Origin: Candidatus Omnitrophota bacterium
Lineage (GTDB): Bacteria > Omnitrophota > Gorgyraeia > S143-82
Assembly (NCBI GenBank): GCA_015494465.1
Contig: WGBD01000007.1
Coordinates: forward strand, 67,009-131,008
Reading direction: 5' to 3'
DNA: 64,000 nucleotides
In this document: positions 48,259 to 62,607 of the stretch, piece by piece
How positions within the stretch are numbered: the first letter of the stretch is position 1
How the letters are laid out: the number at the start of each line of letters is the position of its first letter
Position numbers and translations under genes: made by a program
Notes under the pieces: generated by a model
Databases searched by the model: none
What the model was told of the DNA's origin: nothing
What the model saw: the letters and a program-made list of their open reading frames with translations, nothing else

Positions 48259-49158
48259 CTACCCTCTAGTTATAGCTATGAATTCCTTTACCTTGTCTAT
48301 CTCGTTGTCCAGCTCAAAGGTGAATCTCTCGACATCTAGATCAGCAAGTTCCGGTTTTATCTTTTGTACCAAGGCCCAGGAAATGTCCTCTGCTAATACA
48401 AAGCCTTTTCTGTCACCTCCGTAACCTATGTCTTTGGCCTTACAGAACAGGTCCGCAATCCTGACCACCGCCACGGTAAGTGGCGATACCTCCGCCTCTT
48501 CGGGGTGGTGATGACAGGAGATTGCCTCCTGAATAGCAGGAGGAAGATTCCACTTTTCCGCCAAGACGAGCCCTACCTCTTCGTGGGTAAATCCAAGGAC
48601 CTCCTTTTCGACATCGTATATAGCCCTGTCCTCTTCCTGGGCCCGAGTAAATATGTCAGTGAAGACCTCGTGGGCCATCTCGTCCAACACTACCTTCCCT
48701 ATGTCGTGGAGAAGCCCACCCACGAACACCTCACCACTCAAAGCAGGAGATCCCAACTTCCGCATTATTATCCTGGCAAAGTGCCCACAACCCGCCGAAT
48801 GGATCCAGAACCTCTCCCTGTCAAAGGTCTGCTTGCCAGGGATGTCGGGAAAGGCAGAAAAGACCGAAACGCTCATAACCAAGTGGCTTATTTCCGACAT
48901 ACCCAAGACCACCAAGGCCAACTCTAAGGAATTGACCTGCTGTTTGAGACCGTAGAAGGCAGAGTTGGCGACTTTCAAGACCTTGGAGGTCAAGGCGGGA
49001 TCGGATTCCAATATCTTGGAGATCTCCTTCACCGAAGTCTTCGAGCTCATAGCCAGCTCCATCACCTGAGCTGCAACATGGGGGAGGGTCGGCAGGGACT
49101 CCAAATCCCCAATCAAGTCTATGATCTTGGTCCTTATCTCCGGAGATAGTTCCTTCAT
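48259..49158 (-). CDS. HDOD-domain protein
   Basis: The HDOD signature is LESLPTLPHVAAQVMELAMSSKTSVKEISKILESDPALTSKVLKVANSAFYG, with an HD-like LLHDIGKVVL. Confidence 0.8.
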   Translation of the reverse strand: MKELSPEIRTKIIDLIGDLESLPTLPHVAAQVMELAMSSKTSVKEISKILESDPALTSKVLKVANSAFYGLKQQVNSLELALVVLGMSEISHLVMSVSVFSAFPDIPGKQTFDRERFWIHSAGCGHFARIIMRKLGSPALSGEVFVGGLLHDIGKVVLDEMAHEVFTDIFTRAQEEDRAIYDVEKEVLGFTHEEVGLVLAEKWNLPPAIQEAISCHHHPEEAEVSPLTVAVVRIADLFCKAKDIGYGGDRKGFVLAEDISWALVQKIKPELADLDVERFTFELDNEIDKVKEFIAITRG

Positions 49159-49159
49159 G

Positions 49160-50227
49160 CTATTCCCTCGACTTTATCTTGTTGATAGCCTCCTCTGCCA
49201 GCTCCCTCTGCCGTTCGTCGTCCGAATTCTTAAACCGCTCCAGGACCTCGAGGCTAGCGCTGGTCCCGACCTCTCCCAATCCCTCTATCGCGGAAGCTAT
49301 TATCATGGGTTCTTCTACCGAGTTGAGGACATCGATAAGAATGTCCTCAGCACACTCGCCAAGCTTGGGAATCACATTGACTGCCCGATAAGCAGTCCAC
49401 CTATCGTCGGAGTACTTTATGTAGGCGCACAAGTATACCCCAAACTTGTACCTCAATCTCTTATCGTCTATGCTGTCTACCCTCAAGCCTAGCTCCACTA
49501 TATCAGAGTATATATCGGAAAGCTTCCGTGTCATCAGGTACTCGAACACATACATCGCATCGTAAATAAAGTCGTCGTCACCAAACTTCGCTATGCCATC
49601 CAAGAGGGACTTCAGAACGACCTCGTTATTCTCCTTAAATAAGGCCTTCCGCAGGACTTCTTTCGCTGAGGGCAGACCAATCTGGGTCAAGGCATCTATT
49701 ATGGAGAAGCGAACCCAAGTATCTTCCTCGCGATTCAACAGCTCCTCTAGGGCCTTTACCGCCCGTTCGCTCTTGACTCTCCCGATTCCCATCACCGCTG
49801 AGTTGCGCACATTCACTTCTGGATCGTCCAAGGCCTTTATCAGGTAATCCAGCGCAGATTCGGTGCCGAACTTGCCGATGATGTCGCACACGAATAAGCG
49901 CACATCTTTATCCTCGTCGTTCAAGTAAGCCCCTATTAGATCCACCTTGTCTCGTCCTATCTTTTCCAGGATCTCTATTGCAGCATTCCTTACCGAAGCA
50001 TTTTCTTCTCTCAAAAGGGGCAGTAATTTCTCCACGACTATCGGCTCGTTTCTCTGCATCAAGAACTCAATAACCGCCTCCTGAACCGCCTTGTTCTCGT
50101 CGTACAAGGCCTTCATCAACGAATCTATGATCGACTCTATGGGGAACTCGTTTGCAGATCTTATGGCCTCTCTTTTTTCCTCCGGAGTCCCTGATTCCAA
50201 CTGTGCCTTCCACATCTCTACATTCAT
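49160..50227 (-). CDS. HEAT-repeat (PBS-lyase-like) protein
   Basis: The sequence shows repeating approximately 30-aa units (NASVRNAAIEILEKIG, DKDVRLFVCDIIGKFG, EVNVRNSAVMGIGRV, DTWVRFSIIDALTQIG). Confidence 0.7.
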   Translation of the reverse strand: MNVEMWKAQLESGTPEEKREAIRSANEFPIESIIDSLMKALYDENKAVQEAVIEFLMQRNEPIVVEKLLPLLREENASVRNAAIEILEKIGRDKVDLIGAYLNDEDKDVRLFVCDIIGKFGTESALDYLIKALDDPEVNVRNSAVMGIGRVKSERAVKALEELLNREEDTWVRFSIIDALTQIGLPSAKEVLRKALFKENNEVVLKSLLDGIAKFGDDDFIYDAMYVFEYLMTRKLSDIYSDIVELGLRVDSIDDKRLRYKFGVYLCAYIKYSDDRWTAYRAVNVIPKLGECAEDILIDVLNSVEEPMIIASAIEGLGEVGTSASLEVLERFKNSDDERQRELAEEAINKIKSRE

Positions 50228-50238
50228 GAATCCACCTC

Positions 50239-51330
50239 CTATACCAAGGCCAATATCTCAGAAGCCATTCTTTCTATAGGGACCACCTTATCCGCCAAAC
50301 CTGCATCGACCACTGCCTTTGGCATGCCGTAGACAACAGAGGTGGCCTCGTCTTGAGCTAATACCTTTCCCCCCACCTTCTTCACCGCCCTGGCTCCTTC
50401 CAATCCATCCTTACCCATTCCAGTCAATATCACAGCCAATGTCTTTGGACCGTAGATCTCTGCGGAAGAGGTTATCGTTATGTCTATACAAGGATGATAT
50501 ATAGAGTCTTTCGGTTCCTCGGTTAGTACTACGGATACCTTTGACCCAAGTTTCCTCAACTGCATGTGATAAGCACCCGGTACCACCAATATCTTACCCG
50601 GCTCAAGAAACTCGCCCTGTTGGGCCTCTTTTACCAGCGGTCCCCCCAGGGACTTCAACCTATTGGCCAAGGCGCCGGTGAAGGTCGGGGGCATGTGTTG
50701 GATTATAATGCCCGGAACGGGAAGATCCTTCGGCAAACCGCTTATCAACTTCTGGAGCGCGGTTGGTCCACCGGTAGATACCCCAATCACTACTACATCC
50801 ACCAATCCCTTCCTCCCCCTCGCTGATGGGGCAGAAACAGCGCTTGGCCGAGCCTCGGGCTTGGCCTGGGGAGCGGTCTGAGTAAAAGCGCCAACTCGCT
50901 GGGCGAACTGAGCCTTTTTAAGTGCTATCAGCTTTATCTTCTCCAACAGCTGGGCCTCTATCTTCTCCAGATTTATCCCGGCTGATGCCCCCTGATATAA
51001 TTCCTTGGGGATGAAATCCACTGCTCCCAAGGAGAGGGCCTCCAATGTCACCTTCGCTCCCTCCCGGGTCAAAGAACTTATCATGATCACCGGGCGGGGA
51101 AAGTCCCGCATTATCACCTTCAAGGCCTCTATCCCGTTCATGCGAGGCATCTCAACATCAAGCGTCACCACATCGGGATCCAATTGCTTTACTTTCTCGA
51201 TAGCCTCTAATCCGTCGTGAGCGGTCCCTACTACCTTAATACTAGGATCCTTTTCTAAAATCCTGCTGATCGCTTTGCAAATGAATATTGAATCGTCTAC
51301 AACCAACACCTTGACCATGTCAACCCCCAT
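50239..51330 (-). CDS. cheB: chemotaxis response regulator protein-glutamate methylesterase CheB
   Basis: The N-terminal REC is VLVVDDSIFICKAI...VTLDVEMPRMNG. The C-terminal CheB_methylest domain has VVIGVSTGGPTAL...HMPPTFT...GMGKDG. Confidence 0.9.
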   Translation of the reverse strand: MGVDMVKVLVVDDSIFICKAISRILEKDPSIKVVGTAHDGLEAIEKVKQLDPDVVTLDVEMPRMNGIEALKVIMRDFPRPVIMISSLTREGAKVTLEALSLGAVDFIPKELYQGASAGINLEKIEAQLLEKIKLIALKKAQFAQRVGAFTQTAPQAKPEARPSAVSAPSARGRKGLVDVVVIGVSTGGPTALQKLISGLPKDLPVPGIIIQHMPPTFTGALANRLKSLGGPLVKEAQQGEFLEPGKILVVPGAYHMQLRKLGSKVSVVLTEEPKDSIYHPCIDITITSSAEIYGPKTLAVILTGMGKDGLEGARAVKKVGGKVLAQDEATSVVYGMPKAVVDAGLADKVVPIERMASEILALV

Positions 51331-51342
51331 TCTCTCGTCAAC

Positions 51343-52500
51343 CTAGAACTTAAAGCGACTTAACATGTGCATCAATTCGTGGGATAGCTCACTTAAATTA
51401 TTAGCAGATTCCTTTGCCTGAAATACCCCCTCTTGCACCTGAGAGGCAACTGCCTTTATGACCTCCATGGTCTTGGATATGTCTTCTACCGCAGCGGTCT
51501 CCCTTTCAGCGAACACATTTATCGGTTCCATCAATTGCTGGGTTTGTTCAGCCCGAGCGCTCATTTCCTTTATGATCTCCCCGGTCTTGTCGATCATAGT
51601 CTCCGCTTCCCCAACCTTAGATCTAGCTGACTCCACGGAACCCAGGACGCGCTCGCTCCTTATGTGCAGATTATCTATCATCTCCGCCACCTCTTTAGTG
51701 GCCTGGGCTGTCTTCTCCGCGAGCTGTCTCACCTCATCCGCGACCACTGCAAATCCTCTTCCGTACTCCCCAGCTCGGGCTGCCTCTATAGCTGCATTCA
51801 AGGCCAATAAGTTCGTCTGATTGGCTATGTCGTCTATCGTCTCTATTATCTGGCCGATCTGTCCGAAGCTCTCCCTCAACTCCTCCGCGTTGTGGGCCAT
51901 AACTTCAACTTCTCCAGAAACGTCCTTCATCTTGGATATTCCATCTTCTATCCTATTCACGCCTTCCCGGGCTATCTCCAAAGACTTCTCCGCCGCATCG
52001 CTTGCCTGGCGAGCGTTTTCAGAGACCTCAAGTATAATGGAGGTTATCTCCCCGATCTTCACTGCCGCCTCGGAGGTCTCTTTAGTCTGAGTTTCGGTTC
52101 CACGACTTATCTCTTCGGAGATCTGGGATAGCTCTGCTGCTGCAGTAGCAAGGCGGGTAATGTTGGCCTGGACATGACCCAACAACTCTTTTACCGACGC
52201 AAGCATGGTATTGTAGGCCTTGATCAAGTCCCCTATCTCGTCGTCTGAGTAAACGGCTATGATCCGAGTGAAGTCCCCTTCTCCCATGGAGAGAAGGGAG
52301 TTCTTGAGGCGCAAGAGAGACGAAACTATGTTGTTGGAAAGCAAATATCCGAATATGTAGGCAACTACCATGTTTATGGACAAATTCACTACCAGTGCCA
52401 TGTTCTGATTGTGTATCCACTTATGGGCAACCCATCCCACCAATGCAGCAAACAAGACATTGCCCATTATCCCCAGATGAATCTTAGTCCCTATCTTCAT
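51343..52500 (-). CDS. methyl-accepting chemotaxis protein with two TM helices and no periplasmic sensor domain
   Basis: Two N-terminal helices are separated by only a few residues. A HAMP-like segment is followed by the MCP signalling domain ([32 protein letters not shown]). Confidence 0.85.
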   Translation of the reverse strand: MKIGTKIHLGIMGNVLFAALVGWVAHKWIHNQNMALVVNLSINMVVAYIFGYLLSNNIVSSLLRLKNSLLSMGEGDFTRIIAVYSDDEIGDLIKAYNTMLASVKELLGHVQANITRLATAAAELSQISEEISRGTETQTKETSEAAVKIGEITSIILEVSENARQASDAAEKSLEIAREGVNRIEDGISKMKDVSGEVEVMAHNAEELRESFGQIGQIIETIDDIANQTNLLALNAAIEAARAGEYGRGFAVVADEVRQLAEKTAQATKEVAEMIDNLHIRSERVLGSVESARSKVGEAETMIDKTGEIIKEMSARAEQTQQLMEPINVFAERETAAVEDISKTMEVIKAVASQVQEGVFQAKESANNLSELSHELMHMLSRFKF

Positions 52501-52521
52501 CCCCCCTCCTTGCTCCCGGAA

Positions 52522-53022
52522 TCAGAAGTTACTCAACATGCTCTTTTCCTCTTCGGTCATAAACTTCTCGATGTCGATTATTATGATCAACCTATCTTCT
52601 AACTTGCCCACCCCTTTTATGCACTGGGCGTCTATAGAAGTTGAGATCATGGGAGGTGTGGGATCTATGGTCTCCTTGGGTAAGCGCAAGACTTCCGATA
52701 CGCTATCCACTATGAGCCCAACGGTCTTCCCCTCTATGTCCACTACTATTATGCGGGTCTCTTTCGTGTTTTTGGGCTCTAGGCCAAAGCGCTTTCTAAG
52801 GTCAAGGACCGGGATCACCTTCCCTCGCAGATTCACCACCCCTTCGACGAAGTATGCGGAATTCGGGACATGGGTGATCTCCATCATCCTGTTGATCTCT
52901 TGGACCTTAAGGATGTCTATCCCGTACTCTTCTTCTCCTAAGGTAAAGCTTACCAACTGAACGATCTCACTGTCTCGCTGTCCGGCTGTTTGTTCTTTGT
53001 TATTCACCTCGTTCATCTCCAC
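52522..53022 (-). CDS. cheW: chemotaxis coupling protein CheW
   Basis: The 166-aa ORF has the CheW-fold motifs (LVSFTLGEEEYGIDILKVQEI, VVNLRGKVIPVLDLRKRFG). Confidence 0.85.
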   Translation of the reverse strand: MEMNEVNNKEQTAGQRDSEIVQLVSFTLGEEEYGIDILKVQEINRMMEITHVPNSAYFVEGVVNLRGKVIPVLDLRKRFGLEPKNTKETRIIVVDIEGKTVGLIVDSVSEVLRLPKETIDPTPPMISTSIDAQCIKGVGKLEDRLIIIIDIEKFMTEEEKSMLSNF

Positions 53023-53033
53023 CCCTCCCCATT

Positions 53034-53912
53034 TTACTTTTTCCTTATGATATCTAAAAACTCCCGCATACCCTCGAATTGCGAGACGGTTTCGGACAAT
53101 ATGTAGTCCAAGCCTGCCAGATCCAACCTCAAGAGAGATAAAATATTCTTGTTTATGTCAGGCACATAAGGATCACCCCCATTGCCTAGACCGACTAAGC
53201 GAGCTAGGGCATCGGAGACGGACACAACCGCCACGCTTTGCAGGTACTTACCATCGTACTGAACTACAGAATGGTGCCAAGTCACCACATCGACTACATC
53301 TGGAGGCAGGTTCCAGCGGTCGAACACCAAGCCCCCAACTACGCTGTGATTAAAACCCAAGATCTCCTCTTCCGCCTCCCTCAAAGGTATGTCTTTCTCT
53401 TCTCTATGGCTCAAAACCGTCTTATAGTACTCCTTCCCATAGTAATCCATTATCAACTTGCCCACATCGTGGAGGAGTCCGAATATGAAGTGCTCCTCTA
53501 CATTGGGAAGGCGTAAGTACTTCGCAATGGACTTGGCCACGACCCCCACGCCAACCGAGTGCTCCCAAAATCCTTCCACATCGAACCCTATCGCATTCTT
53601 GCCGTCCTTGAATACCTCCAATATAGAGGCGGTAAAGATGGCAGCCTTGAGTCGATTGAACCCCAATATTACCAAGGCATGATCTATCGTCTTTATCTGC
53701 CTAGGAAAGCCGTAAAAGGCAGAGTTGACGATTCTTAATATCCTGGAGACCAAAGATTGGTCCTGACTTATTATCCGAGCTACCTCTCGAGCTGAGACCC
53801 GAGGATCACTAAGCATGGGGATCACCTTGGCCAATACCTGGGGAAGTGTGGGGATGTTAACTATCTGCTCTAGCCTATTTTTTATGTGCGGAGGTATGGG
53901 CTTGCTGGCCAT
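53034..53912 (-). CDS. HDOD-domain protein (second copy)
   Basis: The HDOD signature is IPTLPQVLAKVIPMLSDPRVSAREVARIISQDQSLVSRILRIVNSAFYG, with LLHDVGKLIM. Confidence 0.8.
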   Translation of the reverse strand: MASKPIPPHIKNRLEQIVNIPTLPQVLAKVIPMLSDPRVSAREVARIISQDQSLVSRILRIVNSAFYGFPRQIKTIDHALVILGFNRLKAAIFTASILEVFKDGKNAIGFDVEGFWEHSVGVGVVAKSIAKYLRLPNVEEHFIFGLLHDVGKLIMDYYGKEYYKTVLSHREEKDIPLREAEEEILGFNHSVVGGLVFDRWNLPPDVVDVVTWHHSVVQYDGKYLQSVAVVSVSDALARLVGLGNGGDPYVPDINKNILSLLRLDLAGLDYILSETVSQFEGMREFLDIIRKK

Positions 53913-54247
53913 TACTTGCCTGAACCCCTGATAAGCAGACGATACCTTATCGCTAATAATTTAGCCTGTTCTTTCAGGTCTTCATCATTAGGACAACAGA
54001 ACTTTAGGGCCCTTTCCACCTCTTCTTTCAGATCCTCCGGTGCGGTCTTTTCTTTCTCCTTCAGGATGTCGATGAGGACATTCTCACCTTCTACCGTTGC
54101 GAACTCAAGCCGAGGGAACTGCCTTATCTTGGCGATGTCCTCCTCCTCCAACACCTTACCAGCTGGGAAGAGCACATTCCCCCCTTCTAACACCAGATTC
54201 TCCGCCAATACCATACCTGGTTTTAGGTCTTCCACCCGCACTCGCAT
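53912..54247 (-). CDS. hypothetical protein (111 aa), first gene of the chemosensory operon
   Basis: The ORF is compositionally coding, has an acidic/lysine-rich C-terminal half and shows a 1-nt junction with the downstream HDOD gene. No recognisable domain. Confidence 0.35.
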   Translation of the reverse strand: MRVRVEDLKPGMVLAENLVLEGGNVLFPAGKVLEEEDIAKIRQFPRLEFATVEGENVLIDILKEKEKTAPEDLKEEVERALKFCCPNDEDLKEQAKLLAIRYRLLIRGSGK

Positions 54248-54248
54248 G

Positions 54249-55874
54249 TCACTTGCCCTGCTTCAACAACCTCTCGTACATGCGTTTGTACTCGCGGGCA
54301 CTACGGGACCAAGAGAAGTCCAACTTCATCGCCCGTTTTACCCTCTCCCGCCATCCATCTGCGTCTCGAAAGACCTCAAGAGCAGACTCCAAAGAAGATA
54401 ATAAATCAGCCCCTGTCGCTTTGTCAAATAGGAACCCCACATCCTCGGGGATCGTATCCACAAGCCCGCCGGTCCTCCTGGCCACTGGCAAGGCTCCGTA
54501 GCGCATCCCTATCATCTGGGTAAGCCCGCAGGGCTCGTACCTAGAAGGGACGACCACCACATCTGCCCCCCCGTAGAGCCTGTGGGCCAAGGGCTCGTTA
54601 AATTCAACGAAACTCCTAACCTTATCAGGGAACCGCCCCGCCAGATCCGAGACCATGGCCTCGAATCGGGCCTCGCCCCTGCCCAATATCACCAGACCGA
54701 CCTTTTCCCGGGGAAGGAGCTCTTGGAAAGCCGAAACCAAGACGTCGATCCCCTTCTGCTCCACCAACCGCCCCACGAAGACCGCAAGCACATCTACAGC
54801 CTTGAGACCGAGCTCTTCCAATAGTCGGACCTTGTTAACCGCCTTCCCCTTTAGGAAACAGCGATTTGCCCTCACGCCAAACTTGTCCGGGAGGTAGGGA
54901 TCGATCCAAGGATTCCAGTAGTCGTAATCTATCCCATTGATAATCCCTTCCAGTTTTGCCTTGTGGGTCCTGAGGACACCGTCCAACCCCCAGCCGTACT
55001 CCGGGGTCTGTATCTCCTTGGCGTAGCGGGGACTTACGGTAACCACCTTGTCGGCATACACTATCCCTGCTTTCAGGCAATTGCCCTTGCCGTAGAACTC
55101 TATCCCCTGATAGGTGAAGTAGGACCAATCCAGGCCCAAAAGATAGAACTTCTCCACCGGGAACAGGCCCTGATAGGCGATGTTGTGTATGGCAAACACC
55201 ACTTTGGTGGAGGAATAAAATGGGTCCTCGGAATAAAAGGCCTGCTTAAACAAAGGTAGCAATCCCGTCTGCCAGTCGTTGCAGTGGATTACATCCGGGC
55301 GATAATCCAGCCTCTTCAACAGCTCCAACGCAACCTTGGAGAAGAAGGCGTACCTCTCTAGATTGTCCGGGTAGTCTCCCGAAGAGGTCCCGTAGATTCC
55401 CTCTCTAGCAAAAAACGGATCGTACCTGACCAGATAGTACTTTACCGGTCCAATCTCAGTCTCCTCTACGGAGGCCTCTAGCCAATGGGATCCGATAGGA
55501 GAGCTTATCTTGATACCCGTATCCCTGAGGTTAAACGCCTCTCTATCGATCACCGAATATGCAGGGAGGATCACCACGCTAGAGAGTCCCAACTCGCTCA
55601 AGGCCTTAGGCAGAGCGCCCACCACATCAGCCAATCCCCCAACCTTCACCAAGGGCACCGCCTCAGAGGCAACGAATGCGACCTTCATCTGCTTTCGAGA
55701 GCGAGAGGAGCTTTTTCTGGCGGTTTTAGAGGTGGATACCTTATTATCCGACTCCACCGACCCCTTGCTCTTCCTCGGGCCTGTCCCCGTTTCTTTCTTT
55801 TTCACCTTCGCAGAAGAGCCCTTTCCCCTCCTCTGTGGCTTACTAACGGACCTTTTAATTACCCTCTTCGCCAC
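54249..55874 (-). CDS. glgA: glycogen synthase GlgA with an approximately 60-aa lysine/serine-rich N-terminal extension
   Basis: The GT5 core starts at MKVAFVASEAVPLVKVGGLADVVGALPKAL, with a C-terminal GT-B part (LVDTIPEDVGF...). The GTG at 55872-55874 is preceded by GGTGGAGGG (SD). An alternative ATG at 55686-55688 lacks an SD. Confidence 0.85.
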   Translation of the reverse strand: MAKRVIKRSVSKPQRRGKGSSAKVKKKETGTGPRKSKGSVESDNKVSTSKTARKSSSRSRKQMKVAFVASEAVPLVKVGGLADVVGALPKALSELGLSSVVILPAYSVIDREAFNLRDTGIKISSPIGSHWLEASVEETEIGPVKYYLVRYDPFFAREGIYGTSSGDYPDNLERYAFFSKVALELLKRLDYRPDVIHCNDWQTGLLPLFKQAFYSEDPFYSSTKVVFAIHNIAYQGLFPVEKFYLLGLDWSYFTYQGIEFYGKGNCLKAGIVYADKVVTVSPRYAKEIQTPEYGWGLDGVLRTHKAKLEGIINGIDYDYWNPWIDPYLPDKFGVRANRCFLKGKAVNKVRLLEELGLKAVDVLAVFVGRLVEQKGIDVLVSAFQELLPREKVGLVILGRGEARFEAMVSDLAGRFPDKVRSFVEFNEPLAHRLYGGADVVVVPSRYEPCGLTQMIGMRYGALPVARRTGGLVDTIPEDVGFLFDKATGADLLSSLESALEVFRDADGWRERVKRAMKLDFSWSRSAREYKRMYERLLKQGK

Positions 55875-55886
55875 TTTCCCTCCACC

Positions 55887-59753
<3,867 letters not shown>

Positions 59754-59758
59754 AGGCC

Positions 59759-61276
59759 CTAGACCTGAAACCTTTCCTTAAACTTCTCTATCGCCTTCTT
59801 TATCTTCTCTTCCAGTTCGGGAGAGATCTCCTTTGCCTTCTCTATCTCCTCCAGTATGTGAGGATATTCGCTCCTCAAGGTGGACAACCACTCTTCCTCA
59901 AAGCGCTTTACCCTATCGAGCGGGATGTCGTCCAGATAACCGTTCACCCCCACGTACAGGACCATCACCTCTTCGGGCATAGACAGGGGCTGATACTGGG
60001 GCTGTTTGAGGAGTTCCACCAGCCTCCGCCCCCTCTCCAACTGGGCGATAGTTGCCTTGTCCAACTCCGTACCGAACTGGGCAAAGGCCTCCATCTCCCG
60101 GTACTGGGCCAGATCCAGCCTCAACCTGCCCGCCACCTGTTTCATCGCCTTCACCTGGGCATTACCCCCTACGCGGGACACCGACAATCCCACGTTTATC
60201 GCAGGTCGCACGCCCTGATAGAACAGGTTGGTCTCCAGGTATATCTGCCCGTCGGTGATGGATATCACATTCGTCGGGATGTAGGTGGTAACGTCACCCG
60301 CCTGCGTCTCTATTATCGGCAAGGCCGTGAGAGAGCCCCCGCCCTTGGCATCGCTGTACTTACAGGCCCTCTCCAGAAGGCGGGAGTGGGCGTAGAATAT
60401 GTCGCCAGGATAGGCCTCACGGCCCGGTGGACGGCGCAGCAGCAAAGACATCTCGCGATAGGCCTGGGCGTGCTTGGTGAGGTCGTCGTAGATGATTAAT
60501 GCGTGCCTACCGGTCTCCAAGAATTCCTCTGCCATAGCACAACCCGCATAGGGGGCTATGTAAAGGAGCGGGGCGGGTTCACTGGCACCCGCAGCCACCA
60601 CTATCGTGTATTCCATAGCCCCAAACCTCTCGAGGGTCTTTACTATGTTGGCTATAGTGGAATTCTTCTGCCCTATCGCCACGTAGACGCAGACGACCCC
60701 TTTGCCCTTCTGGTTTATTATCGTATCCAAGGCGATCGCGGTCTTTCCCGTCTGGCGGTCGCCGATGATCAACTCCCTCTGTCCCCGGCCTATCGGGATC
60801 ATCGCATCTATGGCCTTTATCCCCGTCTGCAATGGCTCCTTCACCGGCTGGCGCTCTATGACCCCAGGGGCAATCCGCTCTATAGGGCGAAACCTATCCG
60901 CCTTTATCTCTCCCTTGCCGTCCACAGGTATACCCAAGGGGTTCACCACCCTCCCTATCAGGGCATCACCCACCGGGACCTCTGCAATCCTTCCGGTGCA
61001 CCGGACCTCATCACCTTCCTTGACCTCGCTGTCGTCCCCGAAGAGACAGACACCAACGCTCTCCTCTTCCAAGTTAAGGACCATCCCGTACATGTTCTGC
61101 TTGGGGAAGAACACCAACTCCCCGGCCATAGCGTCTTCCAAACCGTATATCCTAGCAATACCGTCGCCTACCTCCAAAACCTGACCAACCTGAGCGAGCT
61201 CGTAGGACTTGGAAAAGGATTCGAGACGGGAGCGTATCACCGAACTGATCTCTTCAGGGCTTATCCTGACGTTCAT
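59759..61276 (-). CDS. atpA: F1 ATP synthase alpha subunit
   Basis: The Walker A is [18 protein letters not shown], and the alpha-specific C-terminal domain is present. Confidence 0.95.
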   Translation of the reverse strand: MNVRISPEEISSVIRSRLESFSKSYELAQVGQVLEVGDGIARIYGLEDAMAGELVFFPKQNMYGMVLNLEEESVGVCLFGDDSEVKEGDEVRCTGRIAEVPVGDALIGRVVNPLGIPVDGKGEIKADRFRPIERIAPGVIERQPVKEPLQTGIKAIDAMIPIGRGQRELIIGDRQTGKTAIALDTIINQKGKGVVCVYVAIGQKNSTIANIVKTLERFGAMEYTIVVAAGASEPAPLLYIAPYAGCAMAEEFLETGRHALIIYDDLTKHAQAYREMSLLLRRPPGREAYPGDIFYAHSRLLERACKYSDAKGGGSLTALPIIETQAGDVTTYIPTNVISITDGQIYLETNLFYQGVRPAINVGLSVSRVGGNAQVKAMKQVAGRLRLDLAQYREMEAFAQFGTELDKATIAQLERGRRLVELLKQPQYQPLSMPEEVMVLYVGVNGYLDDIPLDRVKRFEEEWLSTLRSEYPHILEEIEKAKEISPELEEKIKKAIEKFKERFQV

Positions 61277-61815
61277 CTCACCAACTCCTCTTTTAAAAGT
61301 TCCAGCCGTTTCTTAAGAGAGGCATCGTACAGATATCCCCGGAAATAGACCTTTATCCCACCCAAAATATCCTCATCCACCTCCTCCACGAGGTTTATCC
61401 AGCGCTTGAGATAGGCTCCCCATATGTGGAGGAACAACTGCCTCTCGCTCTCCGAGAGAGCTCGAGCAGAGACCACTCTTACATCCACACGGTGGTGGAA
61501 GGTGTTGTAGAGTATCCTGAATCTCTCAACTATGTCCGGGAGGAACCTTATCCTCTTTTTCTCCATCAATATTCGCAAGAAATACTCCACCGCATCACTA
61601 AGGCCAAAGGCACGCTTTATCTCTTCGACAAACTCGACCTTCCTCTCCAAAGGGATTATGGGCACCGACATCCAACGAAGGAAATCCGGAACGAGCCCTG
61701 ACGCCTCTTTTAAAAGGAGGAGGTCAGACATAACCTCCTCTATAAGGTTGTTATCCTTCGCATAAGAAAACAGCGCCTGAGCGTACTTCTCTGCTATCAG
61801 AAACTTGTCATCCAT
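61273..61815 (-). CDS. atpH: F1 ATP synthase delta (OSCP) subunit
   Basis: The 180-aa ORF has the OSCP-fold N-terminal helices ([22 protein letters not shown]). It lies between atpF and atpA. Confidence 0.8.
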   Translation of the reverse strand: MDDKFLIAEKYAQALFSYAKDNNLIEEVMSDLLLLKEASGLVPDFLRWMSVPIIPLERKVEFVEEIKRAFGLSDAVEYFLRILMEKKRIRFLPDIVERFRILYNTFHHRVDVRVVSARALSESERQLFLHIWGAYLKRWINLVEEVDEDILGGIKVYFRGYLYDASLKKRLELLKEELVR

Positions 61816-62287
61816 TCACTATCCCCTCTATCGCCTCCCTGATTATCTGTTCGTGCTCCTGAGCGGAGATCTCCCTCTTAAGTATCCGCGAGGCTATTGT
61901 TACTGAAAGATCCACCACCTCTCTGCGAAGCTCTGCCTTGGCCCGCTTGACCTGCTCCTGAATCTCCGCCCGGGCGGACTCAAACATCTTCTCTATCTCC
62001 TCCTTCGTCTTCCTCACCTGCTCACGGTAGTAGGCATCGGCGTCCTGCTCGGCCTTCCGGCGGAGCAATTGGGCGTCCTCCTGGGCCTTGTGGAGCATCT
62101 CCTGAGCCTTGCGCCGGTTCTCCTCGGCCTCCGCCAGGAGTCGCTTTGCCTCCTCCAGATCCGACTTCACCCGATTCACCCGCTCGTCCAAAAGGTCCTG
62201 AAGCGGACGATAGAGAATCTTGGTCAAGAGGAAGAGGAGGATTAGAAAACTGATAACCTGCACCAATAAAGTGGCATTTAGGTTCAT
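61808..62287 (-). CDS. atpF: Fo ATP synthase b subunit
   Basis: A single N-terminal TM helix is followed by a long charged coiled coil (LLAEAEENRRKAQEMLHKAQEDAQLLRRKAEQDA). Confidence 0.8.
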   Translation of the reverse strand: MNLNATLLVQVISFLILLFLLTKILYRPLQDLLDERVNRVKSDLEEAKRLLAEAEENRRKAQEMLHKAQEDAQLLRRKAEQDADAYYREQVRKTKEEIEKMFESARAEIQEQVKRAKAELRREVVDLSVTIASRILKREISAQEHEQIIREAIEGIVNG

Positions 62288-62301
62288 ACGCTAACCCCTC
62301 G

Positions 62302-62607
<306 letters not shown>

